Shown here: positions 33,455-42,877 of the stretch, piece after piece
Layout of the letters: the number at the start of each line of letters is the position of its first letter
Position numbering within the stretch: position 1 is the stretch's first letter
Origin: an uncultured delta proteobacterium
Lineage (GTDB): Bacteria > Myxococcota_A > Polyangia > Polyangiales > Houyiibacteriaceae
NCBI GenBank assembly: GCA_963699755.1
Contig: CAVOVB010000002.1
Location: forward strand, 768,001-832,000
Direction: 5' to 3'
DNA length: 64,000 bases
Notes under the pieces: generated by a model
What the model was told of the DNA's origin: nothing
The model's database searches: none
The model's input: the letters and a program-made list of their open reading frames with translations, nothing else
Translations under genes and position numbers: made by a program

Positions 33455-34948
33455 CTAGGAACCGCGTTTTCGCCGACCCCGGGGCGGGTGGGCTCCCGGC
33501 CCGAGGTAGCGATCCTCGGGAATGCCGTATTCGAGCAGGATTTGCGGGTTCGCACGGCGAGCGGCCTCGAGATCGAGAGTTAGGACCCAGCCGTCCCCCA
33601 CGACGATTCGCAGCCACTGGCCCTTCGCCTGGTCGACGATCGAAGCCAGGTGCCGGAGATCGCGCGGAACCAGTCCGTTGACGAGTCGGATGGTCTCGCC
33701 TCCCCAGTCCTGGTAGCCGCGGTTGACTGGGTGGGGGAGGACCTGCCCCAGCAAGATCACCTCGCGACGCTCCTTGGTGACCAGATTGTTCACCACCGCA
33801 TAGTTCAGCGAATCCGGGTAGACCGAGTCGGGGCCTTTGATCATGTCTTCGCTCAACGGTTGGAACAGCAGGCCTGCAAACTGGAAATACCGCGGCCATT
33901 CGGTGGTGCGCCGGCCGGGCACCAAGGGCGAATGCGGCGTGAGCTTGATGGTCTTCTGGAGCTTCTTGCCGCCTCGCAGAATGGTGACGGCCACCTCGTC
34001 TCCGACCTGTTTGCTCTGGAAAGCGAGCTCGTAGTCGACCCTGCCGATGCCCGGCCAGGACACCGTGAGGTCGTTTGCGACGGCCCGGCCGTCGACGGAG
34101 AGAAGCACGTCCCGGGGTTGAAGCACTCCGTAGGAAGGCCCCCCGTAGTCGACCCGGGTCACGAGCGCGCCCGTCGCGGAGGGACGCATCCGAGCCGCGC
34201 GCCGCTGCGCATCGCTTTCCATGTCCTGAACGTCGATGCCGGGCCGTGGGAAGCCGTCATAGTGGCCATCCGATACGTCTTCGAGGAAGTGGCGAATGAC
34301 TGGGCTCGGAATCATGTAACCCACGTTGTCGGCGTCATCCATGCCTTGCATAGCGATCCCGATGACCGATCCGTCGCTCACGACCGGGCCTCCGCTGTTC
34401 CCCTCGTTGATCGCTGCGTCGATCTGGACCGATAGCAGCTTGCGCCCGGACTGCGTGTACGTGTCGAGCTCGACGCGAGAGACGATCCCCGAGGTAATCG
34501 ACAGCGTCACCCCGCCGATGGGGAAACCATAGGCCACTACCTTTTGCTCGAGCTTTGGCATCTCGCCGATCGGCACGGCAGAGGCGCCTTCGAAGAAACG
34601 CGGCTCGTCGACCTCGACCAAAGCCAAGTCGGCGTCGTGGCTGATGAACCGCACCTTCCCTTGGAATCGCTCGCTTCCGTCGGCGCGCTTCACCTCGATG
34701 CCGACGGCGCTCTCGACGACGTGGGCGTTGGTAAGGATGCGCCGGTCGTCGATGATCACTCCGGAACCGGAATAGACCTCGGTGCCCTCGGTTTGCCAAG
34801 GTATGTCTGTGTCCGGGGGATCCGCATAGACGGAGAGCTGCACCACGCTGGTGGCGATGGACGCCCCGTCTGCATGGCCAAGCCCTGGCCAAGCGCAGGC
34901 AGCTCCGATGGTCAGCGCCGCGATGGCTGCGTGCATGATTGCGTTCAT
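33455..34948 (-). CDS. Trypsin-like serine protease with PDZ domains (HtrA, Deg2-like)
   Basis: Signal peptide, GSG, TNAHVV, DLAL, QIDAAINEGNSGGP, PDZ region and YFQFAGLLFQPL. Confidence 0.93.
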   Translation of the reverse strand: MNAIMHAAIAALTIGAACAWPGLGHADGASIATSVVQLSVYADPPDTDIPWQTEGTEVYSGSGVIIDDRRILTNAHVVESAVGIEVKRADGSERFQGKVRFISHDADLALVEVDEPRFFEGASAVPIGEMPKLEQKVVAYGFPIGGVTLSITSGIVSRVELDTYTQSGRKLLSVQIDAAINEGNSGGPVVSDGSVIGIAMQGMDDADNVGYMIPSPVIRHFLEDVSDGHYDGFPRPGIDVQDMESDAQRRAARMRPSATGALVTRVDYGGPSYGVLQPRDVLLSVDGRAVANDLTVSWPGIGRVDYELAFQSKQVGDEVAVTILRGGKKLQKTIKLTPHSPLVPGRRTTEWPRYFQFAGLLFQPLSEDMIKGPDSVYPDSLNYAVVNNLVTKERREVILLGQVLPHPVNRGYQDWGGETIRLVNGLVPRDLRHLASIVDQAKGQWLRIVVGDGWVLTLDLEAARRANPQILLEYGIPEDRYLGPGAHPPRGRRKRGS

Positions 34949-35011
34949 GGCTGCGAATCTTCAGCGCTGAGGTGGACGGCGGTCAAGCGGAAATCATGAT
35001 ACGAAGCGTCC

Positions 35012-36064
35012 ATGCGCGTCGACACGTTTAGCTCCGAAGTCAACGATTGGTCCAAGATCGCTGCGGCGGCTCAGCTGGCCGAGACCCGTGGCTTCGACGG
35101 CTTCGCGATCCCAGAGATCACCAACGACCCCATTCTCAATGCGGCCATCGCGGCAAACGCGACCAAACGCATCCATGCGCGCACCGCGATCGCCGTGGCT
35201 TTTCCGCGAAGCCCCATGGTGGTGGCCGAGCAGGCCTGGTCGATCCAAACCAACTCGGGCGGGCGCTTCGGACTCGGGCTCGGCACGCAGGTCAGGGCGC
35301 ACAACGAGCGACGGTTCAGCACGCCTTGGAAGGCTCCGCGAAGCCGAATGATCGAGTATGTGATGTCGCTCCGTGCGATTTGGCGTTGCTGGGAGCTTGG
35401 CGAGCGACTGAGCTACGAGGGCGAGCACTATCGGTTCTCGCTCATGACGCCGGAGTTCACCCCGCCTAAGTCGAACCTGCCGATGGTGCCCATCTATCTC
35501 GCAGCGGTTCGGCCCAAGATGGTCGAGTCGGCTGCCAGCATCGCGGACGGCCTTCGCCTGCACTTCTTCTGCACGAAGAAGTATTTGCAAGAGGTCACTT
35601 GGCCTGCGATCGAGCGTGGCTTGGCGGCGAGCGGGCGCTCGCGAAGCGAGCTCGAAGTTTGTGGGGGCGGCTTCATCATCACCGGCCCGGACGAAGAGGC
35701 CGTCATGAAGAACCGCGAGTGGGTGCGCTACCGCGTCGCGTTTTACGGCTCGACTCCAGCGTATCTGCCGGTGATGTCGCTACACGGCTGGGACGATCTG
35801 GCACAGAAGCTCAATCAGATGTCCAAGACCGGGCAGTGGAAGACGATGGCGGCCGAGGTCCCGGACGATGTGGTCGACGAATTTGGGGTCTTCGCGACCC
35901 ATGAAAACCTTCCGAAGGCGATTGAAGCGCGATTCGGCGGCATCTCGGACACGGTGGAGCTTGGCTTCGAAGACGACACGGACCCGGACCATGCCCGAAG
36001 CATCATCGAGCGGGTCCAGCAGATCGAGAGCCGCTTCGAGGCTCACGCGAATCACTACGGCTAG
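35012..36064 (+). CDS. LLM-class putative F420-dependent oxidoreductase (TIGR03617-like)
   Basis: IAVAFPRSPM, GRFGLGLGTQVRAHNERRFS, YRFSLMTPEF and FYGSTPAY..HGW. Confidence 0.88.
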   Translation: MRVDTFSSEVNDWSKIAAAAQLAETRGFDGFAIPEITNDPILNAAIAANATKRIHARTAIAVAFPRSPMVVAEQAWSIQTNSGGRFGLGLGTQVRAHNERRFSTPWKAPRSRMIEYVMSLRAIWRCWELGERLSYEGEHYRFSLMTPEFTPPKSNLPMVPIYLAAVRPKMVESAASIADGLRLHFFCTKKYLQEVTWPAIERGLAASGRSRSELEVCGGGFIITGPDEEAVMKNREWVRYRVAFYGSTPAYLPVMSLHGWDDLAQKLNQMSKTGQWKTMAAEVPDDVVDEFGVFATHENLPKAIEARFGGISDTVELGFEDDTDPDHARSIIERVQQIESRFEAHANHYG

Positions 36065-37824
36065 TTCCTGTTCTTGCTCAATACCAGGAGCGCCGTTTCT
36101 GCGGCGAGGTTTGCGTCCTCGTCGTCGCCGATGATGCGGCCCTCGGTGTCGTCGTAGTAGCGTGCCCGCTCGACGGTGACGCCCATCTTTTCGCAGAGCT
36201 CGAGCATGTCGCGAATCGACGGGAAGCGGCGGTTCGGGGTGTTGTACCACTCATAGGAGTACGAGCCTGGCGCCTTGGGCGCGCGGCCTTCGAGGCCGAA
36301 CATCTCGCGAAGGGTGCGATGGGCGAAATTGGTGAAGCCTACGATGGCGCGACGACCGACCCGGAGGGCGTCCTCGAGCAGGCGCTCGACGTTGGGGACC
36401 GCTTGAAGGGTCGACGAGAGCACGACGTAGTCGAAGCGGTTGTCGTCGAACTCTGGCAGGCCGACGTTCAAGTCGTAGTCGATGGCCTCCACGCCGTGTT
36501 GCATGGTTGCTGCGATGAGCTCCGTGCTGACTTCGACGCCACAAAGGAGCGGCGCACCGCGTTGCTTGAGGCGCGCCAAGAGGTCCCCCTCCCCGCAGCC
36601 CAGGTCGAGCACCGAGCTCCCAGGGGGAATCAGCTCGAGAATGCGATCGTCTTCGAAGCTCACGCGCGGCGGCCGCGGAGCTGGTGCGCCGAGCTTGGCC
36701 GCGACCAGGGGGCCGAATGCTTCGATGTCATTCGAGAGCAGGAAGCTATCGTGCCCGCCGTCGGTTTCGATTTCGCAGTACGAAACCGGCTGACCCAGCG
36801 TGGTCATGAGGGCGACGAGCTCGCGTGACTGGGCCGGTGGAAAGAGCCAATCACTGGAGAAGGAAATGACCAACCAATCACACTGGGCGGCGCGGAACGC
36901 CTCGAGCCGCTTCTCGCGCGTCTCACCGAGATCGAAGTTGTCCATCGCCAGCGTGACCGTCACATAGGAGTTCGCGTCGAAGCGGCCCACGAACTGCTTG
37001 CCCTGATACGCGAGGTAGGAACCGACCGAGAAGCGCTTCTCGAAGTCGGTGACGATGTCCCGGGGCGAATGCCGGTCGAGGTCGAACTTCCGGGTCATCG
37101 CTTCAGACGAGAGATAGGTGATGTGGCCGAGCATCCGCGCGAGCGCTAGACCCGTCTGCGGGAAGTCGCCGGTGCCGTAGTACTGGCCGCCATGGAAGTG
37201 TGGGTCGGTCTGGATGGCGTTGCGGCCGACGACGTCGAACGCGATCGCCTGCGCCGTGACCCGGGCGGAGGCGGCGATGGGGATCGCCGTTTCGACGTAC
37301 TCGGGGTAGCGCGTCGCCCAGCAGAGCGTCTGGTGGCCTCCGAGCGAACCGCCGATGACGGCGCGCAAGCGCTTGATGCCGAGCAAGTCGATGAGCCGCT
37401 TCTGCACGTCGACCATGTCTTCGACGGTGACGAGGGGGAAGTCGCTGCCGTAGGGAGCACCCGTCGCGGGATTGATGGTCCCCGGTCCGGTCGTGCCCCG
37501 GCAGCCACCGAGGACGTTGGAGCAGATGACGAAGAGTCGGTCGGTGTCGACGGCCTTTCCCGGGCCAACGAGCCCTTCCCACCAGCCCGGATCGTCCTCC
37601 TCGTCGTGCGGGGCCAAGTGCGAGTCACCGGTGATCGCATGGCAGATGAGCACCGCGTTGCTGCCGTGCGCGTCGAGCTGGCCATAAGTCTCGTAAGCGA
37701 CCTCGACGCTTGGAAGCACGCCGCCATGCTGGAGCCGCATCGGCGTCGGGAAGACGGCTGTCTGCACGTGGCGAAGCGGCTTCCCGCTCCGCAGCGAATC
37801 GGTGCTTTCGAACTCGGCGACCAC
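36061..37824 (-). CDS. metX: Homoserine O-acyltransferase MetX fused to C-terminal MetW
   Basis: CHAITGDSH, GWW, GGSLGG, LARMLGHITY and GHDSFL, followed in frame by VLDLGCGEG, FDYVVLS.TLQ and WYNTPNRR (MetW). Confidence 0.93.
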   Translation of the reverse strand: MVAEFESTDSLRSGKPLRHVQTAVFPTPMRLQHGGVLPSVEVAYETYGQLDAHGSNAVLICHAITGDSHLAPHDEEDDPGWWEGLVGPGKAVDTDRLFVICSNVLGGCRGTTGPGTINPATGAPYGSDFPLVTVEDMVDVQKRLIDLLGIKRLRAVIGGSLGGHQTLCWATRYPEYVETAIPIAASARVTAQAIAFDVVGRNAIQTDPHFHGGQYYGTGDFPQTGLALARMLGHITYLSSEAMTRKFDLDRHSPRDIVTDFEKRFSVGSYLAYQGKQFVGRFDANSYVTVTLAMDNFDLGETREKRLEAFRAAQCDWLVISFSSDWLFPPAQSRELVALMTTLGQPVSYCEIETDGGHDSFLLSNDIEAFGPLVAAKLGAPAPRPPRVSFEDDRILELIPPGSSVLDLGCGEGDLLARLKQRGAPLLCGVEVSTELIAATMQHGVEAIDYDLNVGLPEFDDNRFDYVVLSSTLQAVPNVERLLEDALRVGRRAIVGFTNFAHRTLREMFGLEGRAPKAPGSYSYEWYNTPNRRFPSIRDMLELCEKMGVTVERARYYDDTEGRIIGDDEDANLAAETALLVLSKNRN

Positions 37825-37838
37825 GAGAGCCGGTTAGC

Positions 37839-39149
37839 CTACCCCACGGCGGCCGCAAGTGCTTGATCGATGTCCGCGATGATGTCTTTGACATCCTCGA
37901 TGCCGACCGAAACACGCACGTACTCGGGCACGACACCGGTCTGCTGCTGCTCGGCGGGACTGAGCTGCTGGTGGGTGGTCGAAGCCGGATGGATGACCAG
38001 CGTCTTGGCGTCGCCGATGTTGGCCAGGTGCGAGCAGAGCTTTACCGAGTTGATGAACTTCTTGCCCGCTTCCATGCCGCCCTTGATGCCAAAGCCGAGG
38101 ATCGCGCCTTTGCCGTCCGGCAAGTAGTGATTGGCGAGCTCGTTATCGGGATGGGAAGGGAGCCCCGGGTAGTTCACCCACTCGACCGCATCGTGCTTTT
38201 CGAGGTGCTCGGCGACCGCCTGCGCGTTCTCGCAATGACGCGGCATCCTGAGGTGAAGCGTCTCGAGCCCCTGCAGGAAGAGGAACGCGGCGAAGGGGCT
38301 CATTGCCGCTCCCGTGTCGCGCAGCCAGTGGGTGCGAATCTGGACGTTGTAGACGATGTTTCCCATCGGGGCGAGAGCGTCCGCGAGGACCGCGCCGTGG
38401 TAGTTCGGCGAGGGCCCACAAAACTCCGGCCACTTGTCGCGGTTGTCGGTCCACTGGAACTTGCCCGAATCGACGATCGCGCCGCCGATGTGGGTGCCGT
38501 GGCCGCCGATGAACTTGGTCGTCGAGTAGACGTTGATGTCGATCCCGTGTTCGAAGGGACGGAAGAGGTACGGCGTCATCACGGTGTTGTCGCAGATGAG
38601 CGGAATGGCGCCGTAGGGAGCGCTATGCGCCGCCTCGGCAATGGCTTTGAAGTTTGGCACGTCGTTCTTGGGGTTCCCGATCGATTCGATGTAGACGAGC
38701 CGCGTCTTCTCGTCGACCAGGTCGTGAATCTGCTCGGGGTGCGCCGGGTCGAAGAAGCGAACCTCGACGCCGAGGTTGTTGAAGGTATTGTTGAACAGCG
38801 TCCAGGTACCGCCGTAGAGGCTCGTGGCGGAGACGAAGTTTTGCCCGGAGTGGCAGAGAGTGAGAATGGCCGCGTTGATCGCCGACTGGCCCGACGCGAA
38901 ACCGAGGCCGGTGACGCCGCCGTCGAGCGCCGCCAGACGCTTTTCGAGGACGTCGACGGTCGGATTCATCAGGCGGGAGTAGATGTTCCCAAACTCGGCA
39001 AGCCCAAAGAGCGCGGCCGCATGGTCGGTATCGTTGAAGACGTACGACGTGGTCGCGTAGATCGGCACGGCGCGCGAGTTGGTGGTGGGGTCGGGTTCCT
39101 GGCCAGCGTGAAGCGCACGCGTGCCCAGGCCGTAGTTCTCTTCAGTCAT
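37839..39149 (-). CDS. metY: O-acetylhomoserine sulfhydrylase
   Basis: PIYATTSY, GNIYSRLMNPT, STTKFIGGHG, HLANIGDAKTLVIHPASTTHQQL. Start at ATG 39149 behind GAGGT. Confidence 0.95.
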   Translation of the reverse strand: MTEENYGLGTRALHAGQEPDPTTNSRAVPIYATTSYVFNDTDHAAALFGLAEFGNIYSRLMNPTVDVLEKRLAALDGGVTGLGFASGQSAINAAILTLCHSGQNFVSATSLYGGTWTLFNNTFNNLGVEVRFFDPAHPEQIHDLVDEKTRLVYIESIGNPKNDVPNFKAIAEAAHSAPYGAIPLICDNTVMTPYLFRPFEHGIDINVYSTTKFIGGHGTHIGGAIVDSGKFQWTDNRDKWPEFCGPSPNYHGAVLADALAPMGNIVYNVQIRTHWLRDTGAAMSPFAAFLFLQGLETLHLRMPRHCENAQAVAEHLEKHDAVEWVNYPGLPSHPDNELANHYLPDGKGAILGFGIKGGMEAGKKFINSVKLCSHLANIGDAKTLVIHPASTTHQQLSPAEQQQTGVVPEYVRVSVGIEDVKDIIADIDQALAAAVG

Positions 39150-39298
39150 ATCGAATACCTCGTTGCTGATGCGCGAGTGGAAGTGCTGGGGGCGGCGAGG
39201 ATAACGCGACTTCGGCGCAGAGTCAGCGCCCATTGAAGCCAAGTCGCAAGACTTGCGCCTCTGGGGCTGCGGAAACCGCAAAAACACGGTCATTTCAG

Positions 39299-39314
39299 TG
39301 GCATGGGCATTGCA
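39299..39314 (+). promoter_or_regulatory. Sigma54 (-24/-12) promoter
   Basis: TGGCATG-GGCA-TTGCA with exact GG-N10-GC spacing. Confidence 0.7.
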
Positions 39315-39359
39315 TTGCTCACCGGAAAAGTGGGCGCGATGCGCCTGCGGGAGGTTCTC

Positions 39360-40457
39360 GTGTTGAAACGCCTTTCGTGGATTCTCTTATCAACGGCGGC
39401 GCTGCTGGTGCTTGCCACGGGTTCGATTCACTGCAGCGGCAGCACTGTGCCGGAAGGCAAGGACTGCGTCACGCGAGAGGACTGCCTGAACAACAACTGG
39501 ACCAACAACCAGTGCAGCCGGCTCGACGGCCACTGGGAGTGCGACATGGGGGTTTGCTTTCCGGTCTGCGATGAGTGCGCGACCGTGGCTCAATGCCTCG
39601 GCGAGTGGACGCTCGACTGCAACGGTCATTTCGCCTGCACCGAGGGGCAGTGCGAACAGGTCTGCGATTCCGTGGGTTGCGGAAACGATCTCTGTGCGCC
39701 TGCCGGCGGCGAGACCGCGGAAAGCTGCCCGCCCGATTGCGCCGCTCCCTGCGAGACGGCCGGCGACTGCACAGCGACCGGCGTCTGGGACGAGCCCTGT
39801 GAAGGCCGATGGGAATGCCAGTCGCAGGATTGCGTCGGAGTCTGCGACTACGAGAGCTGCGGCAACGGGAGCTGCGACACCGCCCAGGGAGAAAACGAGG
39901 ACAGTTGCCCCGGGGACTGCGTCGACGGTTGCCGGAGCCTCGTCCCGAGCGACTGCTTCTCCGAGCAGTGGGCGCCCACGATTTGCCAAGGTCGCTGGAA
40001 TTGCTTGCAGGGGACCTGTCAGAAGATCTGCGACGACATCAACTGCGGCGACGGCATCTGCTGGGGCCTCAATGGTGAAAACGAAGACTCCTGCTTCGAG
40101 GATTGCCTTGGCGGCCCGTGCGAGGAGCTGATCGATTGTCTCGGACAGCGATGGTACAAGACCGGTTCCGGTACTCAGCCGTCGTGCCAAGGCCACTGGC
40201 AGTGCAACCCGGCGGACCCGCCCGGTCAACTCACGACCGGTGCCTGCGAAGCGGTGTGCGACGACGCGTCAGGAGGCGGCTGTGGGGACGGCACCTGCGA
40301 CACCCTCAACGGCGAGACTCCCACGAGCTGCCTCGTCGACTGCGGCAGCGGCTACTCCTGCACCAAGAGTGAGGACTGCAACTCGCTCACGCGTCCGAGC
40401 GGCTGCACGGGCGACTGGATCTGCGCGAGCCTCATTTGTGTGCCGCTTTGTGAGTAG
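39360..40457 (+). CDS. Cysteine-rich modular lipoprotein
   Basis: GGAGG RBS then GTG. Signal peptide ends SIHC, then 52 further Cys arranged in ten repeat modules. Confidence 0.88.
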   Translation: MLKRLSWILLSTAALLVLATGSIHCSGSTVPEGKDCVTREDCLNNNWTNNQCSRLDGHWECDMGVCFPVCDECATVAQCLGEWTLDCNGHFACTEGQCEQVCDSVGCGNDLCAPAGGETAESCPPDCAAPCETAGDCTATGVWDEPCEGRWECQSQDCVGVCDYESCGNGSCDTAQGENEDSCPGDCVDGCRSLVPSDCFSEQWAPTICQGRWNCLQGTCQKICDDINCGDGICWGLNGENEDSCFEDCLGGPCEELIDCLGQRWYKTGSGTQPSCQGHWQCNPADPPGQLTTGACEAVCDDASGGGCGDGTCDTLNGETPTSCLVDCGSGYSCTKSEDCNSLTRPSGCTGDWICASLICVPLCE

Positions 40458-40611
40458 CCCGCCGAGATCAACGAACGGCTGAATCGGTGATCCAGCTCAC
40501 CGGGTAGATCGTTTGTGGTCCGTGCGCGTCTTTGAATGCATGAGTGGACGAAAACTCATGGGCAGTGGGCCTCCGGATTTGCCAGTATCTTTGAGGAGGC
40601 GGGGACCAGGA

Positions 40612-41334
40612 ATGGAAGCAGGCAGTAAGGATTCGCTAGCGGATCAGCTCTTGGAGCTACACAACATTCAGGCGGCACGCGTGGCGGCTGAAGAGGAAGC
40701 CCGGTTTCGGGCGGCCGAAGACGCGAGACGGCGTGCCGAGGCAGAGGCCGAGCGGCGCCAACACGAAGCGGAAGCACGCCTGCAAGCCGAAGAAGAGAGC
40801 CGCCTGGCCGCAGAGCGCACGCGGCGTGAAGAAGAAGAACGCCGGCGCCGCGAAGCCAAGGAGGCCGAGCTCCGGGTTCAGCTCCAAGAAGCGGCCAAGG
40901 CACGCGCTGCCGAACAGCAGCGCATGCTCGCGCACGAAAAAGAGATGGCGGCGATCACCGCCGTCGAGAAGAACAAGATCCGCGCGCGCCGCATCGTTGC
41001 GAGCGCTGCCCTGTTCCTCGTGCTTGCTTCGCTCGGCGGCTACGCGTTCATCGTGAAGCCAGCGCTCGAGCGCCAAGCTATGGCCACCGAGATGGCCCAG
41101 CAACAGCAACGCCGGGCCGCGATGGACAAGGAGCAGGCCGAGGCCGCCCTACTCTCCGAGAAGGAGCGCGCGGAAGCAGCCGAACGCGACAAGGAATCGC
41201 TCAAGGCCCGCCTCGAGAAGAAGGAAGTGGCCCGGCAAAAGGCCGCGGCCGCGCCGCACAAGCCCAGGGCACGCCCAGCCCAAAAGCCAGGCTGTGCCCC
41301 GGACGACCCGCTTTGCGGGATCCCGCTCGACTGA
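40612..41334 (+). CDS. Coiled-coil single-TM protein with C-terminal CxPDDPLC motif
   Basis: E/A/R-rich coiled coil, TM IVASAALFLVLASLGGYAFIV, second coiled coil, ending GCAPDDPLCGIPLD. Confidence 0.8.
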   Translation: MEAGSKDSLADQLLELHNIQAARVAAEEEARFRAAEDARRRAEAEAERRQHEAEARLQAEEESRLAAERTRREEEERRRREAKEAELRVQLQEAAKARAAEQQRMLAHEKEMAAITAVEKNKIRARRIVASAALFLVLASLGGYAFIVKPALERQAMATEMAQQQQRRAAMDKEQAEAALLSEKERAEAAERDKESLKARLEKKEVARQKAAAAPHKPRARPAQKPGCAPDDPLCGIPLD

Positions 41335-41370
41335 GGGGAGCAGCGCTCGCGCAGCAGCGTGGCTGGCTCA

Positions 41371-42567
41371 CTACTTCACGCGAACGATGAAGTCATCCTC
41401 GCTGCCGAGGGGCGGACCGGTCAAGACCTCGTCCCATTCGGTTTGTCCGAGCACGTGACGGCGGCCGAAGGCGAGGACATAGGCGGTGAGCACCGGAATC
41501 GCCTCCCGGGTGTCGATGAACTCCGGCCCGCAGCCGTCCTCCGTCGCATCGGGCCGAAAGATGTTGAGCACCGTCGGAGTGAGATCGTGGCAAATGGTGA
41601 TGAAGGTGAAGTGTGCGCCCTTGGGCATCTCCACCCAAAGGTCGTCGGGATGGTCGAGACCCATCCAGGCGGGCTCCGCGTTCTGTTCGTAGGTCGTCGT
41701 TTGGTCGAGACGGCCGGTCATCAGCATCGTGGGAACCTCCAGCTGCGCGAACCCGTCCTCAGCGAGGGAGCCGATGGCCGGCGCCTGAGGCGCCAGGGCA
41801 ACGATGCGCTCGTCGAGGAAGCCGGCGCGGTACGCTGCCTCGACGTCGGGGTTCGCAATCACATCGCAATTCTCGCTCACGACGCCGTCGCAGCCCGCCG
41901 CTAATTCATCGAAGTCTACGCTCGCGCCGCCGACGGCAAAGGTCGTGTAGCCGCCAAAGCTGTGCCCGAAGAGAAACACACTCGAGGTGTCTACTTTGTT
42001 GGCGAGCTCGTCACCGCTGAGGCCTGACTCGAACTCGTCGATGACCGCGCTGATGTCGTTTGGCCGGTCGAGCGCCGAACGCGCGAAGGGATCGAAGCCC
42101 AACAAGAAATCGAAAGCGGTATTGCCGGTGTGGTTAGGCGCCACGAGCACCCAGCCGTGCGACGCCATGAGCTCGCCGTAGGGATAGGTGAGCAAGCTTT
42201 CGCCGGCGTTGCCATGTGAGTGGACGACGAAGGGCAAATCCGCTTCGTCGATCACCGGCGGTCCAGCGAGCGCATATCCAGAGGGCACGACGATCCCTCC
42301 GACCGAGTATTCCGCCGGTGGCGCATCTGAGCCGCTCTGCGCCGGGTACCATACCCGCAAGAGGAGCTCGCGGGGCTCCATCGTAGCGGCTGCACTGTAG
42401 GTCATCGTGATCTCGCGGAAGCCGACCTCGAACGGCCCTTGCTCGAAGAGCTCGTCGGGGTTTGCGACAGCGGTCGTCGAGCCGGAATCGCTGCCGCAAC
42501 CGATGATGGAGCTGAGAAAGACTGCAACCGCGCCGGCGGTCGCGCTAAACGAAGAAAGGGCACGCAT
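41371..42567 (-). CDS. Lipoprotein alpha/beta hydrolase (dienelactone hydrolase / PAF-AH-like)
   Basis: Lipobox IIGC, VWYPA, SHG, ASHGW, DRPND, GHSFGG, GRLDQTT and GAHFTF. Confidence 0.88.
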   Translation of the reverse strand: MRALSSFSATAGAVAVFLSSIIGCGSDSGSTTAVANPDELFEQGPFEVGFREITMTYSAAATMEPRELLLRVWYPAQSGSDAPPAEYSVGGIVVPSGYALAGPPVIDEADLPFVVHSHGNAGESLLTYPYGELMASHGWVLVAPNHTGNTAFDFLLGFDPFARSALDRPNDISAVIDEFESGLSGDELANKVDTSSVFLFGHSFGGYTTFAVGGASVDFDELAAGCDGVVSENCDVIANPDVEAAYRAGFLDERIVALAPQAPAIGSLAEDGFAQLEVPTMLMTGRLDQTTTYEQNAEPAWMGLDHPDDLWVEMPKGAHFTFITICHDLTPTVLNIFRPDATEDGCGPEFIDTREAIPVLTAYVLAFGRRHVLGQTEWDEVLTGPPLGSEDDFIVRVK

Positions 42568-42714
42568 ACGGGGCCGCATGATAATGGGAATCGCCCCGGC
42601 ACGCGAGGCAAAGGCTGGCGCGCCCGGATCGAAAGCGAAATTACGCGCGTGGCACTTTTTCTTTGCACCCCGCGAAGGGGAGGGACTAAGAACCACCTGG
42701 AGCTGGAAGAGGGC

Positions 42715-42876
42715 ATGAGTAGCGACAGGGGAAATCTCGTCATGTGTGGTGTCTGCGAAGAGCGCGTGGCCGAGCTGGTGGCTGACGACGGCCGGGTGCT
42801 GTGTAGCGTGTGCAAGCTCGAAGAAATGGGCGAGCGCTCGTGTTCCGAGAAGGACAGCGACTGGCGGGATGCTTAA
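42715..42876 (+). CDS. Small putative zinc-finger protein (53 aa)
   Basis: GAAGAGGG RBS. CGVC-x15-CSVC. Fills an otherwise empty intergenic gap. Confidence 0.6.
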   Translation: MSSDRGNLVMCGVCEERVAELVADDGRVLCSVCKLEEMGERSCSEKDSDWRDA

Positions 42877-42877
42877 G

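Noticed and set aside
39150..39260. SAM riboswitch upstream of metY
   Set aside because: No SAM-I/II/IV core is recognisable, and the hairpin at 39206-39247 lies upstream of a likely -10 (TATCCT, 39198-39203 on the minus strand).
40538..40556. Hammerhead-like ATGAG..CGAAA
   Set aside because: It lacks the CUGA core and flanking stems; better explained as a DNA palindrome.
42650..42667. TGGCAC..TTGCA as a sigma54 promoter for the zinc-finger ORF
   Set aside because: Spacing is GG-N12-GC rather than the required N10; it would fit only if the T run were mis-sequenced.
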